A stretch of 21,723 bases of DNA. Origin: Chthoniobacteraceae bacterium. Its GTDB lineage: Bacteria > Verrucomicrobiota > Verrucomicrobiia > Chthoniobacterales > Chthoniobacteraceae. Positions within the stretch are counted from its first letter, which is position 1. Each line of letters opens with the position of its first letter. The stretch is from positions 1 through 21,723 of the forward strand of contig JBEBGD010000093.1 of assembly GCA_040081625.1 (NCBI GenBank), read 5' to 3'. The notes below the pieces were generated by a model. The model searched no databases. It was not told the DNA's origin and saw nothing but the letters and a program-made list of their open reading frames with translations. Positions 7,572-17,569 of this stretch are shown in pieces. A program made the translations under genes and the position numbers.

Positions 7572-8714
7572 TCAGCGCAGCACATCAGCGACGCGGTCGA
7601 ACTCGGCCTCGGTATTGTAGAAGTGCGGACTGAACCGGAGCCAGTCGCGGCCGGCACGGTCCGGGCGCAATGAGGCGACGATGCCGGCTTCGAGCAAGCG
7701 TTCGTGCAGCGCTTTGTGATCGGCTCCCGCGCGACGCACGGCGGTGATCGCGTGCGCGGCGGAGCCTTCGCGCGGACCGATCGCCTCGAAACCAAGTGGC
7801 TCGATGCGGGCAAGCAGCGCGGCTTTTAGTTCGAGCAGACGCGCGGCGATGCGCTCGATGCCGGCATCGAGCAGCAGTTCGAGTCCGGCTTTCATCCCGT
7901 AGATGCCGGGGAAATTCAGCACGCCGGGTTCGTAGCGCTGCGCGGTCGGCACGAAGCGAATCTCGGGCTGCGCGATGAAGCCGGGGCTGTGAACATTCCA
8001 CGCGCCGAGCAGCGTCGGGCGTAGCGTCTCGAAGTGCTGGCGCTTGACCATGACGAGGCCGATGGCGCACGGGCCGAGCATCCACTTGTGCGCGTCGGCG
8101 CTGAGGAAATCGACGTGCGCGGTGTCGAGCGGGAAGGCGCCGAGCGTCTGGATGGCATCGACCGCGAAGAGGATGCCGCGCGCGTGGAGCATCGCGCCGA
8201 TCGTGTCGAGATCGGGGCGGTAGCCCGAGAAGTAGTGTGCGCTCGTGAGCGCGACGAGGCGCGTGCGCGGCGTGAGCACGGACTCGACTAGCGCGGGTGT
8301 GATCTCGCCGGGGCGCTCCGGCTTGAGCAGTCGCACCGTGACGCCGCGGCGCTCGAGTTCGAGCCACGGATAGACGTTCGAGGGGTAGTCGTCGGCGTGG
8401 CAGACGACTTCGTCGCCGAGCTGCCAGTCGAGGCCATTGGCGAAGAGCGAGAGGCCGATCGAGGTCGGGCCGAGCAGCGCGATTTCATCGGCGTCGCAGC
8501 TGAGCAGGCGCGCGCCGAGCACGCGCGTGGCGGCGACGTCGCGCCAGGTTTGCGCGTCTTCCTGGTGGCTGAGCGCGCCCTGCTCCACGTAGCCGTGCAT
8601 GGCGTCGGCGACGGCACGCGGGAGCGCGCAGACCGCAGCGTGCGCGAGGAAGATCTTCTGCTCGCAGATCGGGAATGCGGCGCGGCGGGCAGACTCGTCG
8701 GGATAAAGGGTCAT
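7572..8714 (-). CDS. Aminotransferase class V PLP enzyme (cysteine desulfurase/cystine lyase-like)
   Basis: VDAIQTLG, SADAHKWMLGP (PLP lysine), RYEPG, LRFSPHFYN. Confidence 0.9.
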   Translation of the reverse strand: MTLYPDESARRAAFPICEQKIFLAHAAVCALPRAVADAMHGYVEQGALSHQEDAQTWRDVAATRVLGARLLSCDADEIALLGPTSIGLSLFANGLDWQLGDEVVCHADDYPSNVYPWLELERRGVTVRLLKPERPGEITPALVESVLTPRTRLVALTSAHYFSGYRPDLDTIGAMLHARGILFAVDAIQTLGAFPLDTAHVDFLSADAHKWMLGPCAIGLVMVKRQHFETLRPTLLGAWNVHSPGFIAQPEIRFVPTAQRYEPGVLNFPGIYGMKAGLELLLDAGIERIAARLLELKAALLARIEPLGFEAIGPREGSAAHAITAVRRAGADHKALHERLLEAGIVASLRPDRAGRDWLRFSPHFYNTEAEFDRVADVLR

Positions 8715-8771
8715 GAGTATTCCGGCGGCGCCTTCGCCTCGAACCGTGATGCGCCCGCGAACCGACGCCGG

Positions 8772-10154
<1,383 letters not shown>

Positions 10155-10173
10155 GGGTAGTTTCGCGGGCGCG

Positions 10174-10218
10174 AGAGTATTTCAAAGTTGAGACTTTGGA
10201 AGCAGCTTTTCGCGAAAA
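10174..10218. promoter_or_regulatory. Candidate -10 box and two AT-rich palindromes upstream of the NtrC-family gene
   Basis: Minus-strand TACTCT (10179-10174); CAAAGT-N4-ACTTTG (10183-10198); perfect TTTTCGCGAAAA (10207-10218). Confidence 0.45.
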
Positions 10219-10237
10219 TTGCCGGGCCCCGCGTTGC

Positions 10238-12001
<1,764 letters not shown>

Positions 12002-13660
12002 CTATTTTGCTTCGGACTTCGGCGCGAACTTCATCCCCGGCGCGCGGGCGCGGCTGCCGAAGAGATCCTGCACATCGAAAAAGGTGATGAAGAGCATGAA
12101 GCCGATCAGCACGACCGCAGCGAGCGTCTGCACCCACTCGAGGATGCGCGTCTCGATCGTGCCCTGGATCGGCCGGCGGCGGATCATCTCGAAGATGGCG
12201 AGCGTGATGTGGCCGCCATCGAGCACGGGAAGCGGCAGCAGGTTGAGCAACGCGAGGTTCACATTCAGCAGCACGCTGAACCACAGCGCGAGACGCCAGC
12301 CGTCCACATTCTCGAAGAGCAGGTAGTAGGTGCGGAAGATCGTGACCGGTCCGCCGAGGTGCTGCGCGCTGATGTCCGACTTGCTCGAGGTGATCGCGCC
12401 GAGCGTGTTCACGATGCTCAGCGCGCTGAGGCGCACCTGCTCGACGGGCGACGGATGGATCAGCAGGCTCTTCGCGCTGAGCGTGAGGCCGAGCGTGTCC
12501 TCACGGAATTGCAGCCCCATCTTCGCCCGCGTCTCACCCACGGGCGGCTCGGGCGTGACGGTGACCGACACCGGGGTGCCGGCGCGATCGAGATCGAGCA
12601 CGATGGGCTTTGCCCCATTGACGTCCACGAGATCGATGATGTGCAGCGAGTTGAACACCGGCTCGCCACCGACGCGCAACACGCGGTCGTCCTTCTGCAT
12701 GCCGGCGCGCACGGCGGGGCTGCCCTCAAAGGCTTGCTCGACCGAAGGCGGCGTGAGTTGCAGCGGCTTGGTAAGTTCCACGCGCTGGCCGTCGCGCTCG
12801 ACCGTCAGCATCAGCGGCGCGTCGGGATTTGCACGCGCCACATCGGCGATCGTCTCGAAAAGGTGAACCCGCTCCCCATTCGCGGACAGGATCACATCGC
12901 CACGCCGCAGCCCGGCCTCGGCTCCAGCTTCGCCCGCCTTCACGGCCTCGATGAGCGGTGCCTCGGCGGGCGCGATGCCGATCTGCCGCATCGCGCGACG
13001 CTGGTAAACTTTCGTCACGGGAACTTCCGGCTTCGCATCGGCGGTCGCGAGCTTGCCGTCGCGCTCGTATTCGATGCGAATCATCCCACCCTCGCTCGTC
13101 ACCACGCGCCACAGGACGCTGTCCTCCGACATTCCCTGCCAGCGACGGATCGGCTTCCCGTCGATCGCCTTGATCACGTCGCCCGCGCGCAAGCCGGCCT
13201 TGTCCGCGGGACTGCCGCGCTGGACGTAGCCGATGCGCGTCGTGCTCTCGGACTCGCGCACCGGCCGGCCCACCTGCCACACGATGACCGCGAAAAAGCA
13301 CGCGAGCAGAAAGCTGAACAGCGGCCCGGCAAACGCGACGATGATCTTGTCGAACGGCTTCACCGGCAGCTTCGCCTCGGGCGGCAGGTCTTCGCTTTCG
13401 CCCTCGAGCGAATCCATCGGCGCCATCTGCGGCAGCTTCACGTAACCGCCGGCGGGGATGCTGTTGATGGCATACCACACGCCGCCGATTTTCCTGCGCC
13501 ACAGCGGCTTTCCGAACCACAGCGCAAACTCGACGACATGAAGCCCGCGCCATCTCGCGGCGAGGAAGTGGCCGAGCTCGTGGACGAAGATGAGCAGATT
13601 GAACAGCAGCAGAACCTCGATGCAGATGAAGACGAAGCGGAAGATGGCGGAGATGGTCAT
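12002..13660 (-). CDS. rseP: RIP metalloprotease (site-2 protease) with three PDZ domains
   Basis: HELGH, IPAGGYVK, AGP, NLLPLPVLDGG; three PDZ-like cores (GSPADKAGLRAGD, GEAGAEAGLRRGD, GSPAVRAGMQKDD). Confidence 0.95.
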   Translation of the reverse strand: MTISAIFRFVFICIEVLLLFNLLIFVHELGHFLAARWRGLHVVEFALWFGKPLWRRKIGGVWYAINSIPAGGYVKLPQMAPMDSLEGESEDLPPEAKLPVKPFDKIIVAFAGPLFSFLLACFFAVIVWQVGRPVRESESTTRIGYVQRGSPADKAGLRAGDVIKAIDGKPIRRWQGMSEDSVLWRVVTSEGGMIRIEYERDGKLATADAKPEVPVTKVYQRRAMRQIGIAPAEAPLIEAVKAGEAGAEAGLRRGDVILSANGERVHLFETIADVARANPDAPLMLTVERDGQRVELTKPLQLTPPSVEQAFEGSPAVRAGMQKDDRVLRVGGEPVFNSLHIIDLVDVNGAKPIVLDLDRAGTPVSVTVTPEPPVGETRAKMGLQFREDTLGLTLSAKSLLIHPSPVEQVRLSALSIVNTLGAITSSKSDISAQHLGGPVTIFRTYYLLFENVDGWRLALWFSVLLNVNLALLNLLPLPVLDGGHITLAIFEMIRRRPIQGTIETRILEWVQTLAAVVLIGFMLFITFFDVQDLFGSRARAPGMKFAPKSEAK

Positions 13661-14763
13661 TAAGAAAGGAGTTCAGCGGCGCGGCGGCGCGCCCATAAAT
13701 CGGCGTCGAGAATAGCCGCGAGCTCCGGTGCCGCAACCGGGGTGTGCTGCTGCATGACACGCTCGACGGTCTGCCAGATCGCGGGGAAGCCGCAGCGGCG
13801 GTCGAGGAAGGCGGCGACGGCGACTTCGTTCGCGGCGTTGAGCACGGCGGGTAGCGTGCCGCCCGCCTCGCCAGCCGAGCGCGCGAGGTCGAGCGCGGGG
13901 AAGTCTGCGCGGCGCGGCAGCTCGAACTCCAGCCTGGCGAGCTGCGCGAAATCGAGCGGCGGGAGCGTGTTCGGCACACGATCCGGCCACGTCACCGCGT
14001 ATTGGATCGGGAAGCACATGTCGGTGACCGAGAGCTGCGCGAGCACGGAGCCGTCGATGAATTCAACCATCGAGTGGATGATCGACTGCGGGTGGATGAT
14101 CACGTCCACGCGCGCCATCCCGACATCGAAGAGCCAGCGCGCCTCGATCATCTCGAGGCCTTTGTTGAAGAGGGTCGCGGAGTCGATCGTGATCTTGCGG
14201 CCCATCTCCCACGTCGGGTGCTTGAGCGCCTGCTCGATCGTCACGTTGGCGAGTTGCCCGGCGGGCAGCGTCCGAAACGGCCCACCGCTCGCGGTGAGGA
14301 TGAGCCGCCGGACGTGTTCGCTCGCGTGGCCTTCGAGGCATTGGTAGATCGCGTTGTGCTCGCTATCGACGGGCAGCACCTGCACGCCGTGCTCGCGCGC
14401 GGCGGTCATCACCGCTTCGCCGGCCATGACGAGGATTTCCTTCGACGCAACGGCGAGATCTTTTCCCGCCTCGATCGCCGCGAGCGCCGGGCGCAGGCCG
14501 GCGGTGCCGACGATCGCGATCAAGACCATGTCGACCTCGGGCAGTGTCGCCAGTTCGACCAGTCGCTCGTCGCCGCCGTCGCCGCTCGAGATCGCGAGCT
14601 TCGCGCCGGGGAATTCCTTCGCCGCTTCGCGCAGCGCCGCTTCGTTCGAGTGCGCACTCATGCCGACGATTTCCATCCGGTCGGGGATGTCGCGGGCGAC
14701 TTCGCGCGCGCTCGCACCGATCGAACCCGTGGCGCCAAGGATGACGACGCGGCGCTTCCTCAT
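13660..14763 (-). CDS. dxr: 1-deoxy-D-xylulose 5-phosphate reductoisomerase (367 aa)
   Basis: ILGATGSIG, ASKE, PVDSEH, LTASGGPF, HPTWEMGRKITIDSAT, NKGLE, NAANE; start ATG 14763 overlaps the cdsA stop. Confidence 0.97.
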   Translation of the reverse strand: MRKRRVVILGATGSIGASAREVARDIPDRMEIVGMSAHSNEAALREAAKEFPGAKLAISSGDGGDERLVELATLPEVDMVLIAIVGTAGLRPALAAIEAGKDLAVASKEILVMAGEAVMTAAREHGVQVLPVDSEHNAIYQCLEGHASEHVRRLILTASGGPFRTLPAGQLANVTIEQALKHPTWEMGRKITIDSATLFNKGLEMIEARWLFDVGMARVDVIIHPQSIIHSMVEFIDGSVLAQLSVTDMCFPIQYAVTWPDRVPNTLPPLDFAQLARLEFELPRRADFPALDLARSAGEAGGTLPAVLNAANEVAVAAFLDRRCGFPAIWQTVERVMQQHTPVAAPELAAILDADLWARRRAAELLS

Positions 14764-15644
14764 CACGCCGCGCCCACGACGAAGCGCAGGTAGAAGAACA
14801 TCAGCGGCGCGGTGAAGAGGATCGAGTCGATGAGGTCGAGCCCGCCGCCGATGCCGGGGAGCATCCGGCCGGAGTCCTTCACGTCGGCGCTGCGCTTGAC
14901 GATGGACTCGGCGAGGTCGCCGATGATCGCCGCGAAGCCGAGCCCGACGCCGAGCACTGCGGCGTGCGTCATGTTCAGCAGCGCGAGCTTGTCGCCCATG
15001 AGCGCGAGCAGGCCGCAGCCGCCACCCGCTGAAAAGACGAGCGCGCCAAAGAATCCCTCCCACGTCTTCTTCGGCGAGATGTGCGGCACGAGCAGATGTT
15101 TGCCTATGAGCGAGCCGGTGACGTAGGCGCCCATGTCGCTGAACTTCGTCACCACGATGAGCCACAGAACGTAGAAGTGCCCGGTAACGTGCCCGGACGC
15201 ATCGCGCGGCGTGAGATAGACGATCTTCGTGACGAAGCTGAACAGCCACGGCACGTAGAGCAGCCCGAAGAGCGTGAAGGCCATCGTCTCCAGCGGCGAA
15301 ATGTCGCGCGTGCGCTGAAACATCTGCCTCGCGAAAACGATCAGCATGAAGAGCAGCAGTGCGCCGACTTCAAAATCGTGCGCGCGATCCGGCCCCTGCT
15401 TGCTGAGGTAGTGAAAGGACCCGGCAACAAAAAGCCCGCCGCACGCGAGGCCGATCATCTTGAAATTCGGCAGCTTCTTGTGATCGAGCATCACGTAGAA
15501 TTCCCACAGCCCGATCAAGGAGAGCCCGCCGATGAGGAAGACGAAGCCGGGCTCCGAGCCGGAGAAGATGATCCAAAGCGCGACCGCCCAAAGCGCCAGC
15601 GACGAGCCAAGGCGGCGGAGAAAGGTGAGTTTACGGTCGGTCAT
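14763..15644 (-). CDS. cdsA: Phosphatidate cytidylyltransferase (about 293 aa)
   Basis: SDMGAY..G, ISPKKTWEG, GDLAES..KR...VKDSG..LPG.GG.LD..DS; multi-TM; start at MTDRK (15644) is inferred. Confidence 0.95.
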   Translation of the reverse strand: MTDRKLTFLRRLGSSLALWAVALWIIFSGSEPGFVFLIGGLSLIGLWEFYVMLDHKKLPNFKMIGLACGGLFVAGSFHYLSKQGPDRAHDFEVGALLLFMLIVFARQMFQRTRDISPLETMAFTLFGLLYVPWLFSFVTKIVYLTPRDASGHVTGHFYVLWLIVVTKFSDMGAYVTGSLIGKHLLVPHISPKKTWEGFFGALVFSAGGGCGLLALMGDKLALLNMTHAAVLGVGLGFAAIIGDLAESIVKRSADVKDSGRMLPGIGGGLDLIDSILFTAPLMFFYLRFVVGAA

Positions 15645-15706
15645 GTCGCGGCGAGCGCGCACCCATACGCGGCGGGCTTTTGCTGACGAGCGAAAAGTGG
15701 CGTCCG

Positions 15707-15732
15707 AAAACGCGGAGGGCCGGACCTTTGCG
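15707..15732 (-). terminator. Weak intrinsic-terminator-like hairpin after tsf
   Basis: Minus strand CGC-AA-AGG-UCCGGC-CCU-CC-GCG-UUUU just after the tsf stop; the stem has a 2x2 mismatch and the U-run is short. Confidence 0.3.
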
Positions 15733-15738
15733 CGACGC

Positions 15739-16578
15739 TTACGCCGGGATCGCTTCGCCAACCATGTAGCGGACGATGCGGCGAATCGTGATCTTATCGC
15801 CGAGCGCCTTGCTCTTTTCGTCGAGAAGCTGGCTCAGGGTCTGGTCGGGGTTCTTGATGAACGCTTGTTCCAGCAGGCAACTGCCCGCGTAGAATTTACC
15901 CATTTTGCCGTCGATGATCTTCTCGACCACCTGCGGCGGCTTGCCGGGCGGCACTTGATCCGCGTAGATCGCGCGCTCGCGGGCGACGAGATCCGCGGGC
16001 ACCTGGTCGCGGCTGATGCAGACGGGATTCGCCGCGGCGATCTGCAGCGTGATGTCGCGCACGAGTTGCTTGAAATCGTCCGTGCCGCCGGTCTCCGCCT
16101 TCTCCGCGCCGACTTCCACGAGCACGCCGACTTTGCCGCCGGTGTGAATGTAGGCGGCGACGAGACCATTGTCTTTCACCTCGATGCGCTCGTGGCGGCG
16201 GACCTGGATGTTCTCGCCGAGCTTCTGCACAGCGGCGACGCGATCAGCCTCGAGATCCGCGGCGGGATTCGCGGCGACCTTCTTCGCGAGGTCGTCGCAG
16301 AAGGCTTTGAACTGATCGTTCTTCGCGACGAAATCGGTCTCGCAATTGACTTCGATGAGCACGCCAACCTTAGCACCCGCGGCGACCGCCTGAGCGATGA
16401 TTCCGTCCTTAGCTTCGCGGTCGGCTTTCTTCGCGGCGCTGGCGGAGCCTTTCTTGCGGAGGACGTCGATGGCGGCCTCCATGTCGCCATTGGCCTCGGC
16501 GAGCGCACGCTTGCACTCCATGAGGCCGGCGTTGGTCTTTTCGCGGAGGGTCTTAACGGTTTGGGCGTCGATGATCAT
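15739..16578 (-). CDS. tsf: Elongation factor Ts (279 aa)
   Basis: VKTLREKTNAGLMECKRAL, EVNCETDFVA, GENI, YIH.GGKVGV, LQIAA.NP, LLEQAFIK. Confidence 0.98.
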   Translation of the reverse strand: MIIDAQTVKTLREKTNAGLMECKRALAEANGDMEAAIDVLRKKGSASAAKKADREAKDGIIAQAVAAGAKVGVLIEVNCETDFVAKNDQFKAFCDDLAKKVAANPAADLEADRVAAVQKLGENIQVRRHERIEVKDNGLVAAYIHTGGKVGVLVEVGAEKAETGGTDDFKQLVRDITLQIAAANPVCISRDQVPADLVARERAIYADQVPPGKPPQVVEKIIDGKMGKFYAGSCLLEQAFIKNPDQTLSQLLDEKSKALGDKITIRRIVRYMVGEAIPA

Positions 16579-16604
16579 GAGAGTTGGGAGTTGAAAGTTG
16601 AGAG
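16579..16604. repeat. Heptamer tandem repeat abutting the tsf start codon
   Basis: Minus strand CTCTCAA CTTTCAA CTCCCAA CTCTC-ATG. Confidence 0.75.
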
Positions 16605-16605
16605 C

Positions 16606-16699
16606 CGCGCCGTTGACCGGCACACGCGGGGAAAAATGGCGGAGCGTCGAGATGCGGATCGCAACTCTCCACTCACCGCCATCGACCGCGTCCGGCGCG
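16606..16699 (-). promoter_or_regulatory. Long imperfect RNA hairpin filling the rpsB-tsf spacer
   Basis: Nested pairs CGCGCCG/CGGCGCG, ACGCGG/CCGCGU, AUGGCGG/CCGCCAU, GAGA/UCUC, UGCG-AUC-CGCA; a short U-run follows the inner stem. Confidence 0.7.
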
Positions 16700-17425
16700 T
16701 TATTCGCTGACTGCAGAAAGAGCCACCTGCTCCTTCTTTCGCTCGCTGACGCTGGTGGAGACGATCGCGTCCACGAGCTTTTGAAGAATGATGCGGATCG
16801 AGCGGATCGCGTCATCGTTGCCGGCGATCGGATAGGTGATGTCTTCCGGGTTCGCGTTCGTATCGACGATCGCGATGGTCGGCACCTTCAGTCGCTTGCA
16901 CTCGGCGACGGCGTTGGCTTCGCGCACGGTGTCGATGATGATGACGGCGTCGGGCAGCTTGTCCATGTCGCGGATGCCATCGAGGTTGCGCTTGAGCTTC
17001 TCGCCCTCGCGCTTGACGGCGGAAATCTCCTGCTTGCCCATCTTCGAAAATTCCGGCTGGGTCTCGAGCGCCTCGATGTATTTCATCCGGCCGATGCTCT
17101 TGCGGATGGTCTTGATGTTCGTGAGCGTGCCGCCGAGCCAGCGCTGGTTGACCCAGAAATGGCCGGTCGCCTGCGCGGCTTCCTTGATGGCTTCCTGCGC
17201 CTGCTTTTTGCAGCCGACGAAGAGCACCTTGCCGCCGCCCGACGCGGTATCGCTGAGGAACTTGGTCGCGCGCTCGAGCTGGACCGCCGTCTTGGCGAGG
17301 TCGATGAGGTAGATCGCGTTCCGTTTCTCAAAGATGTATGGCTTCATCTTCGGGTTCCAGCGCTTGGTCTGGTGGCCGAAGTGGACGCCTGCTTCGAGAA
17401 GTTCCGTCATCAGTTCAGTGGACAT
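16700..17425 (-). CDS. rpsB: 30S ribosomal protein S2
   Basis: LLEAGVHFGHQTKRWNPKMKPYIF, RWLGGTLTN, AIVDTN, PIAGNDDAIRSI. Confidence 0.99.
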   Translation of the reverse strand: MSTELMTELLEAGVHFGHQTKRWNPKMKPYIFEKRNAIYLIDLAKTAVQLERATKFLSDTASGGGKVLFVGCKKQAQEAIKEAAQATGHFWVNQRWLGGTLTNIKTIRKSIGRMKYIEALETQPEFSKMGKQEISAVKREGEKLKRNLDGIRDMDKLPDAVIIIDTVREANAVAECKRLKVPTIAIVDTNANPEDITYPIAGNDDAIRSIRIILQKLVDAIVSTSVSERKKEQVALSAVSE

Positions 17426-17540
17426 GTATTATGAGTATAGGGCGGCTGTGGAAAAAGGGCCGGGAGGGTGCGTCACCTCCACGGCGTCCGCAAGGGCGAT
17501 TTTTCCAGCTTCTCCCGGTGCCGATCCGGGCTTCCCTTCG
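17426..17540 (-). promoter_or_regulatory. Structured rpsB 5' leader (candidate S2 autoregulatory element)
   Basis: CCCGG/CCGGG hairpin (17514-17530); closing stem UGGAAAAA/UUUUUCCA (17507-17500 with 17456-17449) enclosing two hairpins; AU-rich, SD-less stretch before the AUG. Confidence 0.55.
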
Positions 17541-17569
17541 CGGAGCGTATGCCTACGATGCTCGGCACC

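Noticed and set aside
8715..8771. Possible hairpin (CCGGCG...CGCCGG) in the spacer
   Set aside because: A short GC-only match is expected by chance; no U-tract or sigma-54 motif.
14430..14640. DXR oddities (ASKE for ANKE, shortened N-domain)
   Set aside because: The Lys-Glu pair and other catalytic motifs are retained; most likely ordinary lineage variation.
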